Counted from the stretch's first letter, positions 13,956-27,355 are shown. The stretch: 64,000 bases of DNA from Octopus vulgaris (GCA_951406725.2 OX597842.1:19468001-19532000); one strand, 5' to 3'. The notes: generated from the sequence alone by a model not told the origin. Numbers and translations: made by a program.

Positions 13956-14708
13956 GGAATAGATTCATTTCCCAAGTTACAGACATTGTTTATGAGTTTT
14001 ATATTTCAAGCGCAACATCCAAATTTTGAAAGTTTCTACTACCATAACAAATGCATCTGTGTCTTACCAAGAAGTTTATAAAAAGCAAAGAAATGCTTCT
14101 CAGTAAACAACTCTAGACTTGTTTCTTGTGAATCAGTGGTCACGTCTACAAATGTTGGTGTACCTGAGTCTTTTCAAAGTGATTCAGAAAACAATTATAA
14201 TAATAATATTTTGTCTATTCTAAATGATCTTGACATTGTTTTTGACTTTACATAAAATATTTTTTACATTCTACTGTTGTTTCATTGTCATTAATTTACA
14301 AGTATTATAAATTTTATTGGTAAAATATTTTTCTAGGAATGAATTACAATGGGAAATTATTGCTTTGCTTTATGAGTTTTCCCTTTAGGAGCAATCTCCA
14401 GTAAGAAATTAACTCATATATCAAAGCATTATTGTATTTGACATTATTTTGACACAAGGCCAGCAATTTCAGGGGAAGGAGTAAGTTGAATAACCACATG
14501 GATCAGCATGTGTGCTTTTTACATGAACTAGCACAAATGCTTCTTTCAGGGAGTGGCATTGCACGATATATCTATAGGCAGTTTGCAGCATCTTCAGATA
14601 TTAACAAAGAACACTTTTGATGGAGATATATCAGTAGAAATATTTGTTCAGAGCAATATACGAGAAGAAGGAAAACATTTCTGTACTGTGATGAGAGAAA
14701 GGAAAATT

Positions 14709-15700
14709 ATGGAAAATGAATTATATAGAAGTGATGTTGAATGTAAAAGAGAGTCTGAAGAAATTGATTTTTCTGATGAGGAAAAGAATGAAAAGGGCAA
14801 AACATTATATGATTGTGATATCTGTGGCAAGTCGTTCTCTCAGAAAGCTAAGTTAGTCATTCACGAACGTACTCATACAGGAGAAAAACCATATCACTGT
14901 GATATCTGTGGTAAATCGTTCGCTCAGAATGGTAACTTGACTGCTCACCAACGTTTTCATACAGGAGAGAAGCCATATCGCTCTGATGTCTGTGGTAAAC
15001 TATTGTCAAATCGTAGTATGTTAACAAGACACAAACAGATTCACACAAAAGGAAAATATTTATAGTGTGATGTCTGTGGTAAATCATTTTTTGATACTCA
15101 TCATTTAACCACTCACAAACGCATTCATACAAGCAAAAAACCATATCGCTGTGATATCTGTGGTAAATCATTCTATGAAAATAGCTACTTAACTAGACAC
15201 ATACGTGTTCACACAGGAGAAAAGCCATATCATTGCGATATCTGTGGTAAATCCTTCTCTGAAACTGGTAACTTAACTAAGCACAAGCGTTTTCATATAG
15301 AAGAGAAGCCATATTTTTGTGATATCTGTGGAAAATCCCTCAGCGGAACTGCTAGTGTAAGAACTCACAAGCGTATTCATACTGGGGAGAAGCCGTATCA
15401 CTGTGATATTTGTGGTAAATCATTTTCTGATAAAAGTTCTTTAATTAGTCACAGACGTATTCATACAGGAGAGAAGCCATATCATTGTGATATCTGTGGT
15501 AAATCATTTTCTCAAAGTTGTAACTTAACTAGGCACAGACGCATTCATTCAAGAGAAGTCATATCACTGTAATGCCTGTAAGAATCGGTTTCCAAAAATA
15601 GCTCTTTAATTAGTCACGAACCTTTTCATACAGGAGAGAAGCTATATTATCATTGTGACATATGGCAAATCATTTGCTTATAGAAGCAGCTAAACTGCTT
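14709..15700 (+). pseudogene. C2H2 ZNF copy 3 (divergent finger set)
   Basis: ATG 14709; third finger has C->S; TAG at 15063-15065; six more in-frame fingers to ~15550, then frameshifted remnants. Confidence 0.8.
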
Positions 15701-16149
15701 CCTTAAACCTTCATGAGAGACAAACCACACTAGTGGTCTGTCATCGTTGTTTTCCTTTCCATTTTTGCCATTCCCTCATGGGTCAGATGGAATTTATTGA
15801 GGTGAATTTTCACTGTCCAGATGCCCTTCCTGTTGCCAACCTTCACCTGTTTCAAACAAAGATGTTTCCCTGTGACCAGACATGTTTTTGTGGAAGATTG
15901 GAGATGAACATTGCTTGTATGGCAGTGACACTCGTTTACAGCCATCACACAGTTTCAAGTCAAGGTGATAGTAACACACACAAATGCACATTCATAAGCA
16001 ATGTTTCTGCAGCTGGATGCCCTTCCTAGTGCTGACCACTCCAAGAATGTAGTGGGTGCTTTTTATGTCACTCAGGCCTAGCATCGATCACATTTGCATA
16101 GTGCTTTTACATGCCACCGGCACAGGGTACTGTCTTTGACCACATTCTA

Positions 16150-16630
16150 CAGATTACCTAAAATCCATGAGATCCAGGTAATTAACGAAGCCTGCAAACA
16201 ATCACCTGACATATACATTAATGTCCAAACACCACATGATTGAAAACTTGTAGCTGGACCAGCAAGTGAAACCCTTAAGCAATTTTATCAACATCCTACT
16301 GAAACCCCTTTTAAAATGTAAATGCTTCATTACAGATTACCTTGATATGCTAAACCACCTACCAGAAACAATCGATGAAGGGGCAGTCATGGCTTCCTTC
16401 AATGTTATAAACCTGGACACTAATATCCCATATAAATATGGAATACAAGCAATTAAATTCTGGCTGGAAAACTGTCCAGAAGAACTTCCAGAGTGTGTGA
16501 ATCAGGAGTTTGTTATGGAAGCTTTAAAATTTATCCTTCAGAGCAGTTAGTTTTTATTTGGTACCACTTCCTACTGACAAAGATGTGGAATTGTGATGGG
16601 AATAAAACCAGCCCCAGTTCTTGTGAAGCT
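16150..16630 (+). mobile_element. Penelope-like reverse transcriptase fragment
   Basis: LSNFINILLKPLL..DYLDMLNHL..SFNVINLDTNIP..G.VMG..PAP matches the PLE RT motifs SFDVxxLYTNIP and GxAMGxxxAP; contains frameshifts. Confidence 0.75.
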
Positions 16631-16635
16631 TTTAA

Positions 16636-16855
16636 CCCTTTTGATACCAACCTGGCTGAAACCACCTCTGGTTCTGAGTACAAATGCCTTGTTTTCATAA
16701 GTTCTGAATCAAAATCTTCCACCAAACATTAGTCACAATTTATGTTCCTAACACTAGCTGAATGATAACTAAGTTATTTTACTAAATTCTTTGTTATATT
16801 TAAAGTTATTGAAAGAAACACAGAGCATCTCAACAGAAATATGGTAACAAAAGGG
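16636..16855. mobile_element. piggyBac-type MITE
   Basis: TTAA|CCCTTTTGATACCA...TGGTAACAAAAGGG|TTAA. Confidence 0.85.
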
Positions 16856-16904
16856 TTAAAATATATAATAGAGAAACAATTCTTAGTCACCATGATATTT
16901 TTAA

Positions 16905-17129
16905 CCCTTTTGTTACCAACCTGGCTGAAACCAGCTCTGGCTCTGTAGTAACAAATGTCTTGTTTCCAAAAGTTTTGAATTTAAATCTTTCACCAAACCT
17001 TAGTCACAATTTATGTTCGTTCCTAACACTAGGTGAATGATAACTAAGTTATTTTAGTAAATTCTTTGTTATATCTAAAGTAATTGAAAGAAACACAGAG
17101 CATCTCAACAGAAATACAGTAATGAAAGG
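16905..17129. mobile_element. piggyBac-type MITE (second copy)
   Basis: TTAA|CCCTTTTGTTACC...GTAATGAAAGG|TTAA; homologous to 16636-16855. Confidence 0.8.
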
Positions 17130-17457
17130 TTAATTTGATAATTCAGAAGTGCAAAAGTTTCTACTACGATTAACAAATGCTTCTCCATGTTACTGAGAAA
17201 TTTATAGAGGACAAAAAAAAAAGCTTCTTCTAAGCAAACAACTTAAAAGTCCATCTATGAGTGCTTGTGAATTGGTTATTGCTTCTACAAATGATGTTGT
17301 GAGTCTAGCATGAATGAAAGTGATTCAGAAAACAATTATAATAATAATATTTTGTCTATTCTAAATGATCTGACATTGTTTTTGACTTTACATAAAATAT
17401 TCTTTACATTCTACTGTTGTTTTATTGTCATTTATTTACAAGTATTATAAATTTTAT

Positions 17458-17832
17458 ACTCTTTACTCTTTGACTTGTTTTAGTCATTTGACTGTGGCCA
17501 TGCTAGAGCACTGCCTTTAGTCGACCCTAGGACTTATTGTATCAGTCTCCTTTGCCGAATTGCTAAGTTACAGGGACGTAAACACACCAGCATCGGTTGT
17601 CAAGCAATGTTGGGTGGACAAACACAGACACACAAACATACACACACATACATATACATATATACGACGGGCTTCTTTCAGTTTCCGTCTACCAAATCCA
17701 CTCACAAGGCTTTGGTCAGCCCGAGGCAATAGTAGAAGACACTTGCCCAAGGTGCCACGCAGTGGGACTGAACCTGGAACCATGTGGTTGGTTGATAAAC
17801 AAGCTACTTACCACACAGCCACTCCTATGCCT
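17458..17832 (-). mobile_element. tRNA-derived SINE in the copy 3 downstream region
   Basis: Reverse complement of the 5264 family; interrupts AATTTTAT|(T)GGTAAAATAT, which is contiguous in paralogs. Confidence 0.85.
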
Positions 17833-18339
17833 ATAGGTAAAATATTTTTCTAGGAATGGATTACAATTTATAACATTGCTTCTATGGGAAATTATTGCTT
17901 TGCTTTATGAGTTTTCACTTTAGGAGCAGTCTCCAGGGAGAAATTAGCTCAAATATCAAGGCATTATTGTAGCTGCCATACATGGCTCAGTGGTTAGAGC
18001 GTTAAGCCCACAATCGTGAGTTCAGTTTCTGAACCTCACTGGTTCAGCATGGCTTAGCAGATGGGTGCAGGTTTATAATTTTACCGAAGAGTAGGTTAGT
18101 CGATTCCATTGAATGCCATTGTTCAACTGGTATTTATTTCGTTGGCACCCAAAAGGATGAAAGGCAATCTCAACCTTGGCAGAATATGATCTCAGAATAT
18201 AAAAACAGATGAAGTTCCACTATTTGATGTGATATCTGATCTCTGTGAATTTTCCAAGATTTTTTCTTCCCCCGCTTCATTTTTTTCTACCTCATTGTTT
18301 TGAAAATCTTTAATTCTGATGCGAGATGAATATCTGTTT

Positions 18340-19205
18340 TAAGTTGATGAGTAGTGAATCAGAATTTGTTGCTCGAAGACATAGAAAAAGAATCACTACA
18401 TTCAGCAAAAGCAAAATCAACATAGTGTTTGTGCCAAGGAATTGCATATTTCTGTTTCTGAAAGTGAAAGTGATTCACACAATAACTCTAATGGTGACAA
18501 GATAAATTTTTATCCTACTGGAACAAAAGCTTGTATACTGTTTTTCTGAAGAGACTGGACCCAGTCAGAGTCTTTTCCAGAATATAAGCAATTCTATAGA
18601 AATAACTGTTATTGGCCTCCCACATGCTCAGATGAAATCCAAGCATTTTCTGCTATAAATATATTAATGAGAATAAGCAAGTTACCCAGAATAGCAAACG
18701 ATTGGAGCAGCGAAGAAGCTTTTGGAGACCTGCATGTTTCCAGTATCAAGATAGAGACAGGATTTTTAAAACTGTCACAATACCTACACTGAAGACACTA
18801 GTAGTGGGCCAGTGGGTGGAGAACCAAACTGGTCCCTTATTTAAAATAAGACCTTCATCATAATGCTTATAAATGAGTCTCTAACCAAAAGATACTTTTA
18901 TCTAGTTTCACTTTCATTTTCAAAGAGTACTCATTTGTTTTTGTTTATATGTTAATATAATAGTTTTAGCCATTATTTTCTATACTTTTTATGTGTTCTT
19001 AAGCAATACTATTACCAAAAACCATATTCTGATATTCCCTCATAAATGCCTATCCATCTATGAGGGTAGGGTGAGGTACAAAGGCAGAGTATGTTTCCCA
19101 CAGTACATGCTTGGCAAAATAGCAAATGGGGGATCAAAGTTTGCAAGATCTGTGAAGTCAATGCTGTAAACTGCTGTGGGTTCAATTTCTAAATAGGGAA
19201 AAGGG
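18340..19205 (+). mobile_element. Degenerate piggyBac (PGBD-like) transposase remnant
   Basis: EIQAFSAINILMRISKLPRIANDWS..FLKLSQYLH (from 18634), LFKIRP (~18837) and KWGIKVCKICE..FNF*IG (~19120-19200) resemble piggyBac transposase motifs. Confidence 0.65.
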
Positions 19206-19539
19206 GACACTACTGTAAGCTAAATAGCCCTTAAAACATGCACCAATTTTGTTTCTTTACTTGTATAATAATAATCATACAATTTGCAAATGAAAAAACA
19301 AATTCGCAAAACTTTTCCAGGCAATCCTGAAAATAAAGAAGATATGAGGGGTTAAAAACTACTTGAAAATGTCTTCCAATGGTTGTATGATGAAACATCT
19401 TAACCATCTGATGGTGCAGTCCTGTATTTTTCATGGTTTAGCTATTTTTAGTACATTTTATTACTTTAAATGTGTTTTAAAGCAATAATATTACCAAAAA
19501 CTGTAATCTGATATAATGTATTTATTTAACATGTAAATG

Positions 19540-20420
19540 ATGTCAAACTGGTCGCTCCTCGCAGTGATATAGATGATCTTCGTCAATGCCTCCACCAAGT
19601 TTGGAGATGGTCTAACAAATGGGACCTGTGTCTGAACGTGTCAAAGTGCTGTCATCTGCCTGTTGGCTCTTCTCCTGCAACTCAACTTGATTTCGAGCCG
19701 GGTCGTCTGCTGCTGGAGAGGACCGACCAGGTAAAGTACCTGGGTATCTTGGTGGATTCTTCCTTTTCACCTTCAGCCCAGTGCGTCCATGCTGCCAACA
19801 ATGCACGTGGAGTTCTCTTTTTGATTTGACGGTTATTCGGAATGCTCACAGCAGCCATATTCCTACCGCTCTATGTCACGCTGGTGAGACCCATATTAGA
19901 GTGCGGGATTCAAGCCTTTTCTCCTTATCTTCTCAAAGAAATACATCATTTCAAAAGAGTCCAAAAGCTGGCTACCCGCATGGTTCTTGGTCTCAAGCAT
20001 TTGTTTTATGAAGAAAGGCTGAAGACGCTCGACCTTTATTCTCTAGAAAAACGCCGCCGCCATGGTGATCTCATTCTCGCTCACATCATAAGTGGAAAGT
20101 GTAACCTCTCGAAAGAGCTGTTCTTCACTCCTGCTCCAGAGCGTCGGCTGTGGGGTCACTCCGAAAAGCTCTATCTATGACGATTTCATCACAATCGAAA
20201 GAGAGGGGCTTTCTCCGACCGGGTTGTGGATCCGTGGAATAAGCTGCCGGAAGAGATAGTGAAGATGCCCACGACCACTCTGTTCAAAGTCTCTCTTGAC
20301 CAGAAATGGCCTGAACTCTTTGCATGAACACCCTCCCTGTACATAACTCCATGTCCCCCTACATTGCCTTGCTTTTTGCTTTTTGAGCCAAAAAATTAAC
20401 TTAACCTAACTTAACTTAAC
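19540..20420 (+). mobile_element. CR1-like LINE, 5'-truncated
   Basis: DVKL..W..W.L.LNVSKC, KYLGI.VD, LYVTLVRPILE, RVQKLATRMV..L..L.YEERLK.L.L.SLEKRR; (TTAAC)n tail. Confidence 0.9.
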
Positions 20421-20645
20421 TATCTCTCTTACTAAAAATCTCTTCTAAAGGCACAACGCCTGAAATGTGGGGAGTTGGCTAGTCGATTACATCGAGTCCA
20501 GTGTTTAACTGGTAACCATTTTATCAACCCCGAAAATATAAAAAGCAAAGTCGATCTTGACAGAATTTGAACTCAGAACGTCGCGAAACATTTTGTCCAG
20601 TGCGCTAACGATTCTGCCAGTTCACTGCCTTAGAAATGTGAGTGA

Positions 20646-20760
20646 GATGCTTTCATCATGTACGCTTCCCAAGTGGTCACCCATCTAAGTACTTGGTAGG
20701 CTCGACATTGCTTAACTTCGATGATCGCACGAAAACCGGTGCATTCTACTTGATATGGCT
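20646..20760 (-). pseudogene. 5S rRNA pseudogene / 5S-derived sequence
   Basis: Minus strand GCCATATCAAGTAGAATGCACCGGTTTTCGTGCGATCATCGAAGTTAAGCAATGTCGAGCCTACCAAGTACTTAGATGGGTGACCACTTGGGAA aligns by eye to metazoan 5S (box A AGTTAAGC, box C-like GATGGG). Confidence 0.8.
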
Positions 20761-20764
20761 TTAA

Positions 20765-21162
20765 TGGCCGTTGCCAGCGCCGCCCCGAATGGCCTCCATG
20801 CCGGTGACACGTAAGAAGCACCATCCAATCGTGGCCGTTTGCCAGCCTCGCCTGGCACGTAAAAAGCACCATCCGATTGTGGCCGTTGCCAGCCTCATCT
20901 GGCCTCCGTGCCGGTGGCACATAAAAAGCACCATCTGATCATGGCCGTTTGCCCGTCTCGTCTGGCACCTGTGCCGGTGGCACGTAAAAGCACCCACTAC
21001 ACTCACAGAGTGGTTGGCGTTAGAAAGGGCATCCAGCTGTAGAAACACTGTCAGATCAGACGGGAGCCTGGCGCAGCCTTCTGGCTTCACAACCCCAATT
21101 GAATCGTCTAACCCATGCTAGCATGGAAAACGGACGTTAAACGATGATGATGATGATGATGA
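20765..21162 (+). mobile_element. SINE-like repeat with ~42-bp internal tandem units and (GAT)n tail
   Basis: Repeated GGCCGTTGCCAGC..GGCACGTAAAAAGCACC; ends CCATGCTAGCATGG..(GAT)n. Absent from paralogous sites at 33186 and 42967. Confidence 0.7.
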
Positions 21163-21772
21163 ATCATAACAGTTTTAAAACATTTTTCGTATTTTCTAAA
21201 GGTGGTATATTAGTTCGTGTCGAGCTGGCAGAAACGTTAGCACGACGGGCGAAATGCTTAGCGGTATTTCGTCTGCCGTTATGTTGTGAGTTCAAATACC
21301 GCGGAGGTCGACATTACCTTTCATCCTTTCGGGGTCGATAAATTAAGTACCAGTTACGCACTGGGGTCGATGTAATCGACTTAATACCAATGTCTGTCCT
21401 TGTTTGTCCCTTCTACGTTTAGCCCCATGTGGGTTATAAAGAAATGGGTATATTAGTTCGTGGCAGTTATTCACCTTGATATAAATGTTTCTTTAGTTAT
21501 CCGCTAGGAGCAAAATCGATCGACCTAATATTGGGGTTGTAGGGTGATTAGTAGCTGTCATCGATTTCTGTTTTTGATAGATCTTTATTTTATTGATTCT
21601 GAAGCATCTGAAGCAATGACAGGTAAAATTTGACATCGGCAGGATTTGACCTCAGAACATAAAGAAACATAAGAAACACAGCATTACCTAATTTCGTTTC
21701 GGGATTTAATGAAAACCATTACGTATTTTATAAATTCCCCGTTTACACAATTTTTGTCATGGTTCATTTTAG

Positions 21773-21888
21773 GGTCAGATATTCTTTGACCTCGTCTAAA
21801 ATTAATGATTTTTCTGGATGAATTTCTACTTTTGTATCTAAACTGCTGGGGAAAGGACTTTATGGAAGATAACGAGTGATATTAAATG
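21773..21888 (+). other. Putative non-coding 5' UTR exon of ZNF copy 4
   Basis: TTTTAG| ... ATG|GTGAGT; paralog of 7885-8000. Confidence 0.55.
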
Positions 21889-22178
21889 GTGAGTAAAGTA
21901 ATAATCTCTTCTTATTTTATATTAAATTTCGTTTTCTCTTTGTACAAACCTGTTTTAGTGGGAAATCTTAACAATATTCAAGATTTCTTTACATTTTCCG
22001 ATCATAAATGCTATTTGTAAACCTGCTGAAATTATGAAGATTAAGTTATTTACAGAAAAATACGTTTTTATGAAATTTGCTATAAATACCATTCAGAATG
22101 TGTATATTAGAATTCTATTGGAATTTAATGTGAAAATATAAATTTGTTGGGTTCGTCCTCATTCATTACTGACACATA

Positions 22179-22595
22179 GTTAAGTTAAGTTAATTTTTTG
22201 GCTCAAAAAGCAAAAAGCAAGGCCATGTAGGGGACATGGAGTTATGTACAGGGAGGGTGTTCATGCAAAGAGTTCAGGCCATTTGATGTCAAGAGAGACT
22301 TTGAACCGAGCGGTCGTCGGCATCTTCACTATCCACGGATCCGCAGCCCGGACGGAGAAAGCCCCTCCCCTTCGATTGAGATGAAATCGTCGCAGGTAGA
22401 GCTTTTCGGAGTGACCCCACAGCCTACGCTCTGGAGCAGGAGTGAAGAACAGCTCTTTCGAGAGGTTACACTTTCCGCTTATGATGTTGTGAGCAAGAAT
22501 GGGATCACCACGGTGTCGTCGTTTTTCTAGAGAATAAAGGTCGAGTGTCTTCAGCCTTTCTTCATAAGACAAATGCTTGAGACCAAGAACCACAT
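22179..22595 (-). mobile_element. CR1-like LINE 3' fragment
   Basis: Reverse-complement homolog of ~19980-20410, including the TTAAC tail. Confidence 0.9.
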
Positions 22596-23420
22596 GTATC
22601 GACAAAATAAAAGTTGGAATTTTTTAAAGCGAATTCTTAGTCTGTGTCAGAATGTATATTCGTGTGTGCAGTTTGGTCTCAGTGTTTCCACCTCTTCTAT
22701 TTCCACTTAACAAATGGAGATGGTTAATTTACATTCCCGTAACTTAGCATTTTGGCAATAAACGGAGATTGAATGAGTTTCAGACAGAAAGGGAAAAATG
22801 AATAGATGACGGCGAATGTAAAGAAGACGGATCGCACCGCCTTTCGGTTATTATTTTCGTTTTTTGTTTGGGTATTTTCTACCCACATTTTCGACTGCGG
22901 AGATACCGAATCTGCGAAAAAAAAATCGGCATTTCAGAATTTTAATTCCTCCCCCACCCCCACCTCTTTTTCACTTTTTTTGGATTTTTTTTTTTTTTTT
23001 GCGAAATACGTTGTAAAACACAGAAATTGTGATTCTGAAAAAAAAAATTTGTAAAATTTCAATTTTACAAAGAAAAATAAAAAAAATTAAGAACCCTTCC
23101 CTCCTACTAAAATAGTAAACGTATCTAAAGAGAAAACTCGACATGCTAGAAACAGCAGCTAAACAACGAATCACTAATTCAAATTTTTATTCCCCCCCCT
23201 TCTCGACATGCTAGAAACAGCAGCTAAACAACGAATCACTAATTCAAATTCCACCCCCCTCTTTTTTTCATTGCTAGAGAGGTGGGGAGAAGTCTGGTGC
23301 AGTCTTCTGACTGGCCACCCCCTGCCAAAGTATCCAGCCCATACTGGCATTGAAGACAGACATTAAATTATGAGGATCAAAAAACAAGGCTCCTGGCATT
23401 TTGCTGTGCTTGAAAAGACA

Positions 23421-23815
23421 CGGCTGTGTGGTAAGTAGCTTGCTAACCAACCACATGGTTCCGGGTTCAGACCCACTGTGTGGCATCTTGGGCAAGTGTC
23501 TTCTGCTATAGCCACGGGCCGACCAATGCCTTGTGAGTGGATTTGGTAGACGGAAACTGAAAGAAGCCTGTCGTATATATGTATACATATATGTGTGTGT
23601 GTATATGTTTGTGTGTTTGTGTTTGTCCCACTAGCTTTGCTTGACAACCGATGCTGGTGTGTTTATGTCCCTGTCACTTAGCGGTTCGGCAAAAGAGACC
23701 GATAGAATAAGTACTGGGCTTACAAAGAATAAGTCCCGGGGTCGAGTTGCTCGACTAAAGGCGGTGCTCCAGCATGGCCGCAGTCAAATGACTGAAACAA
23801 GTAAAAGAGTAAAAG
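23421..23815 (+). mobile_element. tRNA-derived SINE
   Basis: Same family as 5264; interrupts GAAAAGACAC..GCTAAGTAAAAG, contiguous at ~9995-10020. Confidence 0.85.
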
Positions 23816-24421
23816 AGAGAGTATCACGCTAAGTAAAAGTATGGTTGCCCTTGCATGCAAGCTAATCTCTTGCAACTCTTTCCCTAACCTTTAGGCTCAT
23901 GGCTGCTGGTGTGCCATGTGGAAAGCTCCAATGTAAACTGTGTAAAGTGGTCGTGTCAGGAAGGGCATACGGCCACAAAAACCAGGCTAAAATAGAGATG
24001 GAGCCTGAACAGCCCTTCAGCTGGTTAGCTCTTTTCAAATCATCCAACCCATGCCAGTGTGTAAAATGGAATTTAAATGATGATGAAGTAATAATTTTAA
24101 ATTTGCATAGACATCTTGTAGTATGCTGTTCAAAGCCTGCTCACTGTATTTGGCTATCTGATGTCATACCCTTGCATACAAGCTTGTCCCTTGCAACCTT
24201 CTCCAGCTGAGCATCCCTAATCTTCCAGGCTCATAGGGGCTGCATAAGAGCATCCAGCACACCCTGTAAAGTGGTTGCATTATGAAGGGCATCCAGCCAT
24301 AGAAACTATACCAAAACAGAAATGAACCCTGAACAGCCCTCAGCTGGTTAGCACCTTTCTAACCATCCAAGCCATGCCAGTATGTAAAATGGACTTTAAA
24401 TGATGATGAAGTAATAATTCT

Positions 24422-24803
24422 GAGTGGCTGTGTGGTAGGTAGCTTGTTTACCAACCACATGGTTCCGGTTTCAGTCCCACTGCGTGGCACCTTCAGCAAG
24501 TGTCTTCTGCTATAGCCTCGGGCCGACCAATGCCTTGCGAGTGGATTTGGTAGACGGAAACTGAAAAGAAAACCGTTGTGTATATGTATATGTATATGTG
24601 TGTGTGTGTCTGTGTTTGTCCCCCTAACATTGCTTGACAACCGTTGCTGGTGTGTTTATGTCCCCGTCACTTAGCAGTTCGGCAAAAGAGACTGATAGAA
24701 TAAGTACTGGGCTTACAAAGAATAAGTCCCGGGGTCAAGTTGCTCGATTAAAGGCGGTGCTCCAGCATGGCCACAGTCAAATGACTGAAACAAGTAAAAG
24801 AGT
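24422..24803 (+). mobile_element. tRNA-derived SINE
   Basis: Same family as 5264. Confidence 0.85.
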
Positions 24804-26068
24804 GTATAAACCTTTTGTGCTGTTTAAATCCTGCTCACTGTATTTGGCTATCTGATGTCATCAACAGTCAGGATTTAAATGACACTGGACTTACTTGAGG
24901 CATTCTTTCATCTCAGTCGAGACAAGAATATGAGAAGAAGAGAAGAGAAATAGAATTTACAATACTATCATTCAGTATGATTGCTTCAACACATCATGCA
25001 TTAGTGACTTGTCAAAAGGTACCTCATATTTAAAATTTCTGTTTTGCTTAATCCAATTAGAATTCATTTTCGTATTTGGTTTATGTCAAGCTTCTTTGAG
25101 TTTCCATCTACCAAATCCTCTCCCAAGGCTTTGATTGGCCACTCTGGGACTGAACCCAGGACCATGTGGTTGGGAAGCCAACTTCTTACCACACAACCAT
25201 CCCTGCACTTCTACAGCCATGTCTATATAAAAATGTAGTAAAACTTTCACTGTTTTAATCTCTCTAATTCCTAATTATCTTGTATGTTTTACACTGTTGT
25301 TTCTCTTTCGTTTCAGATTATCAGATGACATCTGCTTCACAGGATTTTTACATAAGCAACGTCATTAGAATGGAAAGTCTTTTGAAGACTGAGCAAAGAT
25401 GTTATACAAAACACGTATAACCCTGTTTCTATGAATATTTACTGAATTACTGCAAAATATATCTTCTGAACTCTGACATATATGTAGCAAAATTTCTCTT
25501 CTTTATTGTCTGGAATACACAGAAAATTATATTTGCATCTTAATTAATCATTTAGCATTTAAACTAGCACAAATATTCTGACCTCTCACACTCACCTTGC
25601 AGTGTCAGTTTAAACATAAACAATCAAATCACTGAAGTCTCAGAGCTATGAGATAATCCATGATTAATTCAAAACAATATGAATAAATAAGCATTACATT
25701 TCACAAAGGAATCTCAATGCTAAACGGTTAAACTGGCCATATTTTTGTGTGTTTTATATTCATACTAGCCAGATCCCACCCCTCACACCCACCCTATAAG
25801 GTCATTCTAAAAATAAACAATCACAACATTGAAATCTGAACATGATAACATATTGAATAATTAATTCAGAAGAATTTCAATAAACATTCTATTTGACAGA
25901 GTAATCTGAATGTTAATGAGTTAAAGCAATTAAGAAGGCAGTTTGCAGCATCTTCAGATATTAACAAAGATCACTTTTGATGGAGATATATCAGTAGAAA
26001 TATTTGTTCAGATCAATATACAAGAAGAAGGAAAACCTTTGTGTACTGTGACGAGAGAAAGGAAAATT

Positions 26069-27217
26069 ATGGAAAATGAATTACGTAGGAGTGAAGTTGA
26101 ATGTAAAAGAGAGTCTGAAGAACTTGATTTTTCTGATGAGGAAAAGAATGAAAAGAGCAAAACATCATTTGATTGTGATATCTGTGGCAAGTCGTTCTCT
26201 TGGAAAGCTAAGTTAGTCATTCACGAACGTACTCATACAGGAGAGAAGCCATATCACTGTGAAATCTGTGACAAATCGTTTTCTCAAAACAATTCCTTAA
26301 CCAAGCACAAGCATGTTCATACAGGAGAAAAACCATATCACTGTGAAATCTGTGGTAAGTCTTTCTCTCAAAGCGAACACTTAACTAGGCACAGGCGTGT
26401 TCATACAGGAGAAAAACCTTATCACTGTGATATCTGTGGTAAGTCTTTCTCTCGAAGCGAAAACTTCACTATGCACAAGAGTTGTGTTCATACAGGAGAG
26501 AAACCATATCACTGTGAAATCTGTGGTAAATCTTTCTCCCGAAACGAAAGCTTAACTAGGCACAAGAGTTGTGTTCATACAGGAGAGAAACCATATCACT
26601 GTGAAATCTGTGGTGAATCCTTTTCTCAAAACGATCACTTAACCAATCACAAGCGTGTTCATACGGGAGAAAAACCATATCACTGTGAAATCTGTGGTAA
26701 ATCTTTCTCTCGAAACGAAAGCTTAACGAGGCACAAGAGTGGTGTTCACACAGGAGAAGCACCATATCACTGTGAAATCTGTGACAAATCTTTTTCTCAA
26801 AACGATCACTTCACTATGCACAGGCGTGTTCATACAGGAGAAAAACCATATCACTGTGAAATCTGTGGTAAATCTTTCTCTCGAAACGAAAGCTTAACTA
26901 GGCACAGGCGTGTTCATACAGGAGAAAAACCATATCACTGTGAAATCTGTGGTAAATTTTTCTCTGAAAACGGTACCTTAACCAAGCACAAGCGTGTTCA
27001 TACAGGAGAAGAACCATATCACTGTGAAATCTGTGGTAAATCTTTCTCTCGAAACGATCACTTAACTATGCACAGGCGTGTTCATACAGGAGAAAAACCA
27101 TATCACTGTGAAATCTGTGGTAAATCTTTCTCTCGAAACGATACCTTAACCAAGCACAAGTGTGTTCATACAGGGGAGAAGCCATATTGTGATATCTCTG
27201 GTAAATCATTTTCTTAA
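26069..27217 (+). CDS. C2H2 zinc-finger protein, copy 4 (382 aa, 12 fingers)
   Basis: ATG 26069; open finger array; stop TAA where other copies have CAA. Confidence 0.88.
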   Translation: MENELRRSEVECKRESEELDFSDEEKNEKSKTSFDCDICGKSFSWKAKLVIHERTHTGEKPYHCEICDKSFSQNNSLTKHKHVHTGEKPYHCEICGKSFSQSEHLTRHRRVHTGEKPYHCDICGKSFSRSENFTMHKSCVHTGEKPYHCEICGKSFSRNESLTRHKSCVHTGEKPYHCEICGESFSQNDHLTNHKRVHTGEKPYHCEICGKSFSRNESLTRHKSGVHTGEAPYHCEICDKSFSQNDHFTMHRRVHTGEKPYHCEICGKSFSRNESLTRHRRVHTGEKPYHCEICGKFFSENGTLTKHKRVHTGEEPYHCEICGKSFSRNDHLTMHRRVHTGEKPYHCEICGKSFSRNDTLTKHKCVHTGEKPYCDISGKSFS

Positions 27218-27241
27218 AATAGTCAGCTGCTTAATCACTAA

Positions 27242-27355
<114 letters not shown>

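Noticed and set aside
20646-20760. Functional 5S rRNA gene
   Set aside because: Many substitutions, broken helices, 5' end hit by a SINE-like insertion and no good T-run terminator.
23138-23251. ~50-bp direct repeat at 65-bp spacing
   Set aside because: Simple local duplication within unclassified repeat DNA; nothing further supportable.
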